40,244 nt of DNA, from NCBI RefSeq assembly GCF_001194135.2, contig NC_069004.1, forward strand, positions 19,604,789 through 19,645,032, given 5' to 3'. The notes beneath the pieces are model-generated. The model saw only the letters and a program-made list of their open reading frames with translations. It made no database searches and was not told the DNA's origin. This DNA is from Octopus bimaculoides. Lineage: Eukaryota. Below, piece by piece: positions 23,600 to 33,664 of this stretch (the first letter of the stretch is position 1; the number at the start of each line of letters is the position of its first letter). A program made the translations under genes and the position numbers.

Positions 23600-23880
23600 G
23601 ATAAGTTACTTTAGTCTGATGCACTGGTTTTACACAGGCTGATGAGACCTGCTACTGGGTACCATGTGAACCAGTACTACCTGTTTCCTGGTCTAGTCAC
23701 TAAACTAGCCCCCACACTTGAGTAGCTCATTACTTGTGTGAGGAGGACTAAAAACAAGGCATGTCAAAGGCTGAATGAGAGCTCCTTGTGGGCCAATGGC
23801 CATCCAGTTGGGGGAAGGCAATGGTACACCACTCCAATATTTCTGCAAAAAAAAAAAAAAAACTCATGAGAAAGTCAGAA
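23600..23880 (+). mobile_element. RTE-clade LINE 5'-region fragment (tentative)
   Basis: ggggaaggcaatggtacaccactccaatatttctgc (23811-23846) resembles the recalled RTE/BovB motif GGAGAAGGCAATGGCACCCCACTCCAGTACTCTTGC. Confidence 0.45.
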
Positions 23881-24377
23881 AGAAATAACACTATGGCTTC
23901 ATTTGATGGGAAAACTTGTGCTTAGATTTCTGCTAAGCATGATGAAAACATGCATGCATACACATACACTTATGGCCTTCTACACAGCCTCTTTCAACCA
24001 AAATTTACTCTGAAAACATTGGTAAACTTCATAACTACCAGGCCATTTCTGAACCCATGTTATACTCATCTAAATTATTTTTCTTCCTGAAAAATATGAG
24101 AAAATATTTCTATTATACGTTGGGTAAACTTTTTAACGTCATACTGCTGTTTAAAAAAATTTTCTTTTTAATGTTTTTTACAATCTGCATTGATATCTTG
24201 GTTATTCCATCAATTTCTTGTTGTCATTGTTGTTTTTACTGTCATTTACTTCCTGAGGGTGGTGGATTAGCAGAATTGTTAAGCATTAGACAAAATGTCA
24301 TGCAGTATTTGTTCTGGCTGTTTTACATTCTGAGTTCAAGTCCCACCAAGGTTGTCCCTTTCATCCATCTGACATTG

Positions 24378-24478
24378 TTAACCCTTTCATTAGCATATTT
24401 CTGTTGAAATACATTGTCTTTGTTTCAATTAATTTTGAAAATGATAAAAGTTTATTAAAATAACTTTGACAGTAACAA
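24378..24478 (+). mobile_element. TTAA MITE family 2, partial
   Basis: ttaaccctttcattagcatatttctgttgaaatac, the reverse complement of the 22845 end. Confidence 0.6.
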
Positions 24479-24489
24479 CCTTTTAGTGA

Positions 24490-24820
24490 CTTCTACTACA
24501 GCCTCGGGCCAACCAAAGCCTTGTGAGTAGATTTGGTAGGCAGAAACTGAAAGGATCACCTATATATACACACACACATATATGTGTGTGTTTATGTATC
24601 TTTGTATGTGTGTCTTAGTATCTGTGTTTGTTGACAACCAGTGTTGGTGTGTTTATGTCCCCATAACGTTTTGGTTCAGCAAATGAGACCAACAGAATAT
24701 GTACCAGGCTTTAAAAAAATACTAAGTACTGGGGTTGATTCATTCAACTAAAATAATTCAAGGTGGTGCTCCAGCATAGCTGCAGTCTTATGACTGAAAG
24801 AAGTAAGATAAAAGTGAAAA
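24490..24820 (+). mobile_element. SINE family A, 5'-truncated
   Basis: gcctcgggccaaccaaagccttgtgag...gactgaaagaagtaag. Confidence 0.7.
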
Positions 24821-26594
24821 TTGATTATAGTTAAAAACATTCTTTTTTTTTTTCAACTCCCATTATCCAAGCATTTCAAACAGCCGTGTCACCTAAGATA
24901 ATAGGGTTAGCTTTCACTCATTTCCCATATGTTGCCCAGTTCTTTCTTTCTTCTTCTTCTTATTATTTTCATTTGCTATTTTATATGTTGTAGTGGAAAA
25001 TCTATTGTCTCACATACTTTTGCCTTCTTTTTCTCTGCTAATATCATTTCTCATCTGTGTGTCACTATTGTAATGCCAGCTTGCACTGAAAAATTCCTTG
25101 AGATTTTTCATAATAGTCATTTTCAGTACATTTCTAGCTGGTGGTAGTGATGGTGGTGGTGGTGGCACCAGTTCACCAACTTTAAATACAGATTTCTTAT
25201 TTATCTCTCAGTATGCTATTTCCCTATTCTGCTGCATTTCTTCTGTACCATTGTATTATATACAAAGACAATGTAGTTGACAACAAACAGATTATCGGTG
25301 GTGTTGGTGGTGGGGCATACTTGATCTGTTAGAAATAGCACTCAAATCACCCTCTAATAACATGTGGTCTTCTTACAAAGAAAGGAAGAATGTCTGAAAG
25401 AAAAAAAAGCAGAGTGGGTGGATGGCCATGGTTGGAATTCCTTTAACCTAAACCTGCTTGATCATCTCTATATATGTTTGATGTTGTCTTGTTAGATTTT
25501 ATTTTCATTTTGAAGAGACACAGTCATCATCATCGTCATTGTTGTTGTTTAATGTCCACTTTTCCATACTTGTATCAATTAGACATATTCTTTATGGTTC
25601 AGATGCCCTTTCTGTTGCCAACCCTCACCTGTTTCAAAGCAAGGTAATATTTCCCCCCTGGCTGGACATATTTTTCATGGAAGATAAGAAACAAACAACA
25701 TAGCCTGTATGACATCAATGCTTGTTTACACCCACCACATAATATGAAACAAGGTGTGCATGCACACAACAGGTTTTTTTTGTTTTTATATCCCAAATCC
25801 ACTCACATAACTTTGGTTGGTTTGGGGCTATAGTAGAAGACATTTTCCCTAGGTTCCACATTGTATGGCTGAACCTGAAAAGCTTGTCCTGCAACCCTTT
25901 GATCTCAGGTACAGCCATACAATGTGGAACCTAGGGAAAATGTCTGGATCCGTGGGGGTTCTAGGATTGGCCCAAGTTAGAAGTCCTGTATCAGGTGGTT
26001 CATAGCATCATTTATTTGTATACTATGTGTACTTATTTACCTCTTGTAATTTTGGTTTTTCTTGTTTGATTTCTGAGTAAAACATGCAGTCTTCATCTAC
26101 CTTTGTAATACCAACTTCATCTGACGATAGTATGGCAAATGGGGGAAGAAATGTATTTATTCCAGCTCATTACATTCTGTATTCAAATTAAAGTGAGGTT
26201 AACTTTGCCGTTCATCTCTCTTGGGGGCAATTTAATGAGTGCCTCCCCACTCACGACCTGCTAATTTGCTGCTTTTGAGCCAATATTATTATTGCCGATG
26301 AAAATAGTATGGTAGATAAGATGGAAAGGACTGAGGACAAGACTTTTCTTCTCCACCCATGCCCTCATCAACTTTTTCAAATACCATTTCAAGAGGAGGA
26401 TAAGAATGGAGAGAGAGGTGGGTAACCTTCAGTAAATTTGTTAAAAGATGGTGTGTATGTATGTGTGTTTGTGTACAACCATCATTATGGTAGTTGTGAC
26501 AGTGTTGGATAAAATGCCCTGACTAGATGTTCTGGCTCTGTTTTGAGTTCAAATCCTACTGAGGTCAGTTTTGCATTGCAGTCACACTGAGCCA

Positions 26595-26654
<60 letters not shown>
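26595..26654. repeat. (CT)n microsatellite
   Basis: Direct reading. Confidence 0.95.
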
Positions 26655-26658
<4 letters not shown>

Positions 26659-26689
26659 TCAAATTTCACTGAGATGGTCTTTTTGAGAA

Positions 26690-26975
26690 TCCATAGCTCA
26701 GCAGGCAAAGCTACTATACTTGCATCACTATGACTGTGGGCTCGAGTTTTACTTTAGATCTAGGCTCATAGAACTGGTTTCTGTGGCACATATACCCCCT
26801 CCTGCTGGACGGAATGCTGGTCCATCACAGGATTACTCATTTTTGTCAGCTAAGTAGACTCGAGCAATGTGAAATGAAATGTTTTGCCTAAGAATACAAT
26901 GCATTGCCTGGTCCAGGTATCGAAACCACAATCTTATCATGAGTCCAACACCCTAACCACTAAGCTACGCATTTC
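26690..26975 (-). mobile_element. SINE family C-like
   Basis: Reverse-complement head gcgtagcttagtggttagggtgttggactcatg. Confidence 0.6.
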
Positions 26976-27423
26976 TACCAAGCCTAACTATACAACAAAC
27001 AACCTTTTCTCTGATCAGAAAATAAGGATGTAATGCAGTACATTAAAACTTGTTAAACTTTATTAACACAGATGTACAGTTGTAGAATAATAGTTTCGTT
27101 AAAATGTTTTCAATTTTGTTCCATGGTTAAAGTTGTTTACTTGTTGACGTTAGATAAGAAAACAATAGATAACAACTCTCAAGGAAGAAAATATGATAAG
27201 TGTATAACAAGGAATGTAACTGTCAGAGATGTTGTCTCTTCCAGGGCTGTGTATTCTATACTACCTATGTGATCTTTTACACCATCTGAAGAAGCATATG
27301 TCTGCAAAGAAAAATAAACTTTCAAAACAAATATATTTCGTTGTTCTCTATAAACCATCTTACAGTTTTCAAAACAACCTTGGAATTTCCACAGGTACTG
27401 CTAGTTGTCATAATTATTATTAA

Positions 27424-27873
27424 GGCAGTTGAAGGCAGCGAGCTGGCAGAATTGTAGCATGCCGGACAAAATGCTTTGTGGCATTTCGTCTGTCTTTAAG
27501 TTCTGAGTTCAAGTGCTGCCAAGGTTAACCTTGCCTTTCATTCTTTCAGAGTTGATAAAATAAGTACCAGTTGAACATTGGGTATGATGTAATTGACTTA
27601 ACCTGTCCCTCTCCCTCAAATTATTGGCCTTGTGCCAAAATTTGAAACCATTATTAAGGCAGTGAGCTGGCAGAATTGCTTTGCAGCATTTCTTTGCATT
27701 CTTTCTGTTCTGAGTTCAAATTCTGCTGAGGTTGACATACCCTTTCATCCTTTCAGAGTCAATAAATTAAGTACCAGTCAAGCACTAGGGTCGATGTAAT
27801 TAACTAGGGCCCCCTCTCCCAACATTTTGGACCTTTTTCCTATTGTAGAAAGGATTATTATTATTATTATTAT
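27424..27873 (+). mobile_element. Two head-to-tail SINE family B copies
   Basis: Heads at ~27433 and ~27657, each preceded by attattaa. Confidence 0.75.
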
Positions 27874-28175
27874 AATTTCATTTACACACAACAAATTAGA
27901 TTGCTGGAAAAATTCCTAACATCAGTCTACAACAAGTAACCTTTACTAAGTATCCTAGCTGTCCCAAATAATACTGTTTTCTGCAGCTGCACTAAAATAG
28001 GTTTTATGCCTATTTCCTCTATCCACCTGTTTAATTCTTTAGGAATAGTTCCTAATGCACCAAAACTATAGTAATACATTTTACCCTCACTTTCCATAGC
28101 CTCTGTAACTCCATGTTTAGATCCTGGTACTTTACTATTTTTTTCTATACCTTTGATATTGACTTTCTCATCTAT
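27874..28175 (-). mobile_element. 3' fragment of an R4/Dong-type non-LTR retrotransposon (restriction-like endonuclease C-terminus)
   Basis: The minus strand with two frameshifts reads KYQDLNMELQRLWKVRVKCITIV-GALGTIPKELNRWIEEIGIKPILVQLQKTVLFGTARIL, the characteristic RLE C-terminus. A short 3' UTR runs into (TAA)n. Confidence 0.85.
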
Positions 28176-28189
28176 TGTTATCATTATTA

Positions 28190-28470
28190 AGATGGTGAAC
28201 TGGCAGGCTCATTAGCATGCTGGGCTAAATGCTTAGCAATATTTCATCTGTTGCTATGCTCTGAGTTCAGATTTGCTTTTCATCCTTTCGGGGTCAATTA
28301 AATAGGTATCAGTTATGCACTGGGGTCAATGTAATTGGCTAGTCCCCTCTAAATTTCAAGCTTATGCCTTAGTAGAAAGGATTATTATTATTAGGTGAGC
28401 TGGCAGAATCTTCAGCAGAATTAGTAGAGCATTGGATAAAATGCTTTGCAGCATTTTATTCTGGCTTCTA
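28190..28470 (+). mobile_element. SINE family B copy followed by a partial second copy
   Basis: Heads at ~28190 and ~28394, separated by an (ATT)n tail. Confidence 0.7.
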
Positions 28471-29084
28471 CAAGATATCAAAAAGATAAATTCATTTAAT
28501 AATGTAGTTAAGACTGTTGAATATTTTGATAAAGTTTGATTTTTTGAGGACTTAAAATTCCAAGATCAAATTTTGCTTTGGTCAGAATTGTTAAAAGAAT
28601 AAAATAATGTTCATATACTCTGAAACATAAAGAATTTGGGAGTTCTATGAAGATCCAGTAGCATTTTGGTTTTCAATATTGAGAATATTATCACAATAAC
28701 AGATATCAGGTGTGGAATTTGTTTTGAAAAATTTGAAAGAAATATCACCTTTATTCTATTTTAAAGTTTTCAAATTGAAAATTTAGTATGTTTGTGTAAA
28801 TTATGTATCAATCAATATCATTGTTTTTTTTTTTTAAATGTTTAAAATTTTTTAAAAACTGGTATGGGTTTGACAAATCCTGGTCCATATCATCTTGTAC
28901 ATACAGCAAGTTAAAAGCAGCCAACTTGATTTGTATGTTTTGCAATATTGATGTGGATTTGGTGTGGGGGCAGTTTTATGCTATGGATACAGAGAGCTTG
29001 TTTTGCATGTAAGAACTAAAAAGCCCTCTCTACCCTGTATTGTTTCTTATTTGGAGTTACTACCCTCCTGCGATTATCATCATC

Positions 29085-29290
29085 AGCAGCATTATCATTT
29101 AACATCTGTTTTCCATGCTGGCATGGGTTGGATGGTTTGAAAGATACTGGTAAGGCCAGGAGCTGCACTAGGTTTTGACTAGGTTTCTACAGCTGGATGC
29201 CTTCCTAATGCCAGCCATGTTACTGTATTGGGTACTTTTTATATGGCACAAGCACCCACACTAATGCTTTTTACATGGCATCTTGATTAT
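29085..29290 (-). mobile_element. Repeat family D
   Basis: catcatttaacatctgttttccatgctggcatgggttggatgg. Confidence 0.65.
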
Positions 29291-29358
29291 GGCTTGTGGA
29301 ATTCATGTCTTGCTCTAGGTGTATGTGATTGATAGATAAATAGATAAGTATATACATG

Positions 29359-29409
<51 letters not shown>

Positions 29410-29438
29410 GCCTGTGTATATAGGGTTTGTGTTATAGT

Positions 29439-29520
29439 TTAACCCTTTAGCATTCAGATTTCTTTGTCAAATGTAAAGCCCATTTACTCACATTTTTTTT
29501 TATTTGCATGTATTTATAGC
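29439..29520 (+). mobile_element. piggyBac-type MITE family 1, fragment
   Basis: ttaaccctttagcattcagatt start. Confidence 0.6.
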
Positions 29521-29732
29521 TTTATTTGTTTCAAGATTCACCATTCCTAGAAACAATTACTTGACATTCCCAGTTTGTAAAGAAGCTATGTTGACATACA
29601 GAAACACCCACCCACACACAAACAACAAAAGAAAAAATGCGTATTATAATACAGTTCTGTATTTAAGAGATGAGGAATTATGTACATTATTTACATTTGA
29701 CAGATATTTGTCCTCATCTTGTTTGTTGTTAA

Positions 29733-29771
29733 CACAACTTTTCGGCTGATATATCCTCCAGCCTTCATCAG
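29733..29771 (-). ncRNA. Second hammerhead-like motif in the inverted pLTR
   Basis: The reverse complement reads CTGATGA-A-GGCTG(GAGGATATAT)CAGCC-GAAA-AGTTGTG. Confidence 0.45.
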
Positions 29772-30128
29772 ATGTCTTGAGGAAATTTCTAACCTGGGTT
29801 CTCAGTAAGCTGTGGCATGAGGAGATAATGGATAAATCGGGTATAGCTGATCATATATGGAAAAATGGAGACCACCTCCCCCTGTGGGATGAAGTTAAAA
29901 TAATAGACAGAGAACACCACTGGAAAATATGAAAACTAAAAGAAGCAGCACATATTCTAGGACACAACAACCTCCTAAGCAAACCGAGTGCAGACATGAG
30001 TAGCATATGGAAACTGATATTAAGGAAGGATAAGAAAATATTAGATTTATTAGCCCTAAAATTCACTCCAAGTTTGATTCCAGGAAAAATACCTTAGGAA
30101 TGAGAACCCAGGAATTTCCCCAAGACAC

Positions 30129-30167
30129 CTGATGAAAGCTGGAGGGTATATCAGCTGAAATGTTGTG
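30129..30167 (+). ncRNA. Minimal hammerhead-ribozyme-like motif in the Penelope pLTR
   Basis: CTGATGA-A-AGCTG(GAGGGTATAT)CAGCT-GAAA-TGTTGTG: core boxes and helix II are present. Helices I and III are not convincingly formed. Confidence 0.45.
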
Positions 30168-30655
30168 CTAACAACAAACAAGATGAGGACAAATATCCAT
30201 CAGATGTAGATAATGTAAATAATGAACTATATTATAGTTATACATATAGTCTTTTTTTTTTAAATCTGTCTTGTGTTGTGCTGTGTTGACAGACTTACAT
30301 TTAAAATTCCTGCTCTTTTAATCAAAACTTGTTAGTTGCTAAGGTGACAACACTACCTATTTAGCTATCTTTCACACACATACACATACACTATACTATC
30401 TCTCTCTGTATTTCTCTTTCAACAACTTTTTCTCCTCCCTTTCTTCACTCTCTCCCCAGATGTTATTTGAACGCTAGTTTAAAAATTACAATGGAACATT
30501 AACTGATATTATTTGCGTGATGCAATACGGAGTTTCACCTAACTGACTGAATAAGTCATTAAAGTGAAGCTTGAAGTCCCAGTTAACACAAACATGTCAA
30601 ACATAATTTGATTGGACTCTCATTGTTTACATTAACTATATAAATATATATTGTA

Positions 30656-30900
30656 AGGGTGTGTGGCCTAGTGGTTTGGGTGTTGCACTCAAGATCACAA
30701 GGTCATGGTTTCAATTTCTGAACTGGTTGATATTTTGTGTTCTTGAGCAAAATACTTCCTCTCTCACATTACTCTGTGATCACTTTGACAGTTGGTACGT
30801 AGCACACTGAGCACCTGTTCGGGCAACATCAATTTGATGCAGGGAGGGATCTAATGTATAGCATATACATTTGATCACAATAAGCAAATTGTCTGAACTG
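30656..30900 (+). mobile_element. SINE family C-like
   Basis: gggtgtgtggcctagtggtttgggtgttgcactc...gttcttgagcaaaatac. Confidence 0.6.
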
Positions 30901-31009
30901 TCTTTCTCAGACTAAGACAGACTACCATCATAAATATGCATTAAATATGAATGTTTTAATTAACAAATATATCATTAAAGGGAAATGAAGGAAATAATCT
31001 TCAAATTTC

Positions 31010-31219
31010 ATTTATCTTTTACCTTGTTTCAGTCATTAGACTGTGGCATGCTGGGGCATTGCACTGAAGAACTTTTAGTCAAACTTATCAACCCCCAATA
31101 CTTATTAAGTTTTTGTAAAGCCTGGTACTTATTCTATCACTCTTTTGTCAAACTGCTAAGTTATGAGGACATAAACACAACACCAGTTGTCAAGCGGTGG
31201 TGGAGGACAAACACATAGA

Positions 31220-31265
<46 letters not shown>
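31010..31265 (-). mobile_element. SINE family A, 3' half
   Basis: Tail motifs up to the (CA)n tract. Confidence 0.7.
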
Positions 31266-31279
<14 letters not shown>

Positions 31280-31282
<3 letters not shown>

Positions 31283-31900
31283 ACAGGTGTGGTTGCATGG
31301 TAGGAATCTTGCTTCCCAACCACATGGTTCTGGGTTCAGTCCCACTGCGCAGCACCTTGGGCGACTGTCTCCTACTATAGCATTGGGATGACCAAAGCCT
31401 TGTGGGTAGATTTGGTAGACGAAAACAGAGAGGCCCATTGTATATATGTATGTGTATATGTATATATGTGTGTCTGTTTGTCCCCCCACCATCACTTGAC
31501 AACTGATGTTAGTGTGTTTATGTTCCCATAACTTAGCAGTTTGGCAAAAGAGACTGATAGAATAAGTACTAGGCTTACAAAGAATAAGTCCTGGGATCGA
31601 TTTCTTTCACTAAAACCCTTTAACCCTTTAGCATTCAAATTACTCTGTCAAATGTAAAGCCTGTTTAATTACATTGTTTTAAATTAATTGTACAGCATCT
31701 TGTAACTCTGAGATTTTGATGTCTCTGCTTATTTTTAGAATGACTTTGTAAGGTAGGTGTGAGAGGTCAGAGCTGGCTGGTTTGAGTATAAAACAGGAAG
31801 ACAATTTTGGCCTGATATGGCCTGTTTAAACACTAAAGGGTTAAGGTGGTGCTCCAGCATGGCCACAGTTAAATAACTGAAACAAGTAAAAGAATAAAAG
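31280..31900 (+). mobile_element. SINE family A, full length, interrupted by a MITE
   Basis: Head caggtgtggttgcatggtaggaatcttgcttcccaacc; tail gaaacaagtaaaagaataaaag. Confidence 0.8.
31620..31844 (+). mobile_element. piggyBac-type MITE family 1 nested in a SINE
   Basis: Interrupts the SINE motif taaaaccct[ttaa]ggtggtgctccagc with a duplicated TTAA at both ends. Confidence 0.85.
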
Positions 31901-31903
31901 TGT

Positions 31904-31947
<44 letters not shown>

Positions 31948-33383
31948 TGGGCTTCTTTCAGTTTCTATCTACCAAATCCTCTCACAAGGCTTTGGTCAGC
32001 CCAAGGCCAATATTATTAGGATAGCAGAGTACTGGGCAAAATGCATTTTCAGTATTTTTTCCAACTCTTGACATTTTGGGTTCAAACCTAGCTATGGGCA
32101 ACTTATATCTTTCAACCTTCTGTGGTTGATAAAATAGATTAACAGCCAAGTGCCAATAAATAAATCAACTATACCTCTCCCTTATATTTCAGGAAGTAAA
32201 GGAAATAATCATCAGATTCTATTTTTGATTTTAAAGTGTTTATGAATGTGTGTGTGTGTGGTTGGTGAGCGTGTGTGTGTGGTTGGTGAGCGTGTGCACT
32301 TGCATGTGCTAGATTTTAATTTTGTTTTTGGAACTACTCATCCTATAAAGATTTGTGTGAGTGTACAATATAATTATCCTACACAATGATATTTAATAAT
32401 AATAATGATGATGATGATGATAAGAAGAAATAGTGTTTATTTAATAAAACTTCCTACCCCAGTTAATATTATTTTTTTGTTGCGCGCGCGTGTGTGTGTG
32501 TGTGTACTTGTTTTATATTCTGTAATAGGTTCATACTCTCTATGTTGATGATCTAATTTGCATTAAACTTAATTCTCACTCCTACTTCTTTGTCTCCTCC
32601 TCCTGCTCCTTGTCCCCCCTCCTCCACTCAACCAGATTTCTTGGACTGAATCCATTAAATGATAATGAGTTGGCACTAATGGCATTACCAAAGCACTTGG
32701 GCTAGGAATGATGCTGTCAAATTCTTCTTCTAGCACTCCATCCCTCCTTCCTTCCTTTTCTTTTCTTTCACAAGATTGTTTTCTTCTTAATTTCACTAAT
32801 TTCATATTCTGAAGAGTCAAAATGGCCAAAGAAGAGAATTGAGAATTGTGTGCTACTCTATTGGATAGAACTGAGCTGTGTTCTCTATTTAAGGTTCTCT
32901 TCCAAAAACCCACCTGCTCCACATGATTGACAATAGAGCAGGTGAGAGAGAGAGAAAGAGAGAGAGAGGTGGTAAGGATGGACAAACAGCCTGGATGACC
33001 ATCTTAGGATAGAAATTGTCTCATAGCAGAAGGAATAGATTTCATATTTGGTTATCTTCTATAATGAACCTTATTATAATTTTATGAATGCAGTGATGAT
33101 AGTGATATGGTATAATATATTGTACAGTGCCATAGTAAATGCCTTACGTTACCAAATGAAAGTTTTCTGCAGTATGTTTTCAAATCTTCACTTTGGCCGT
33201 TCATTCTTGTCTGTTTGGTAAAACACCAGTCTCGTACCAGGATTAGTTTTATTGACTGTACTCTTTCTCTTAGGTTTTTTTCTTTCTTTTTTTCCCTGTA
33301 GGTTTAACGCCTCCATCACTATCACCACCACCACCACCACCACATTTTTTGGGTATCTCTAGATTTCTCTCTATTGCAAACAT

Positions 33384-33664
33384 TTAACCCTTTAACATTC
33401 AAATCGCCCATATCCAGCCCAGGTATTCTACAACTCCACTGTAGCATTATTACAAATTTGTGCCCACCCAGAATATTCTGAAGCATCCTCAGGCACCAAA
33501 CTCTGGCAACAGGTCTGTCTTGGGCTTACCCTGCAATGTTATTCAAAAACTACACAATGATATCACTGAAATCCCCAAAGCTTTGAAATAATACATGATT
33601 ACTTCAAAGCAGTGAGAATGAATAAAGCATTACATTTGACAAAGTAATATAGGAATGCTAAAGG
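33384..33664 (-). mobile_element. piggyBac-type MITE family 1, rearranged interior
   Basis: ttaaccctttaacatt...aatgctaaagg termini; the interior is partly non-consensus. Confidence 0.65.

Larger units (their letters stand above)
29651..30224 (+). mobile_element. 5'-truncated Penelope-like element (GIY-YIG C-terminus) with inverted pseudo-LTR
   Basis: The + frame 29807-30097 reads KLWHEEIMDKSGIADHIWKNGDHLPLWDEVKIIDREHHWKI*KLKEAAHILGHNNLLSKPS..., a typical PLE GIY-YIG tail (KSxIAxH...WDEVKIIDRE...KLKEAxHI). The pLTR at 30101-30224 has an inverted copy at ~29667-29804. Confidence 0.88.

Noticed and set aside
23942-23970. KTCMHTH, resembling REV3L exon 2 (QKTCLHLHG)
   Set aside because: No acceptor in the right phase, no following G-x-FPY, and it lies in the (CA)-rich part of a SINE fragment.
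25879-25951. HindIII (aagctt) and BamHI (ggatcc) sites around the hairpin, suggesting vector or shRNA contamination
   Set aside because: The arms are endogenous SINE sequence, agctt is part of the SINE consensus, and no vector sequence is recognisable.
27229-27423. ORF with apparent acceptor (tcttccag) and donor (cag|gtactg)
   Set aside because: The translation GLCILYYLCDLLHHLKKH... has no REV3L or other recognisable similarity, and the donor is weak.
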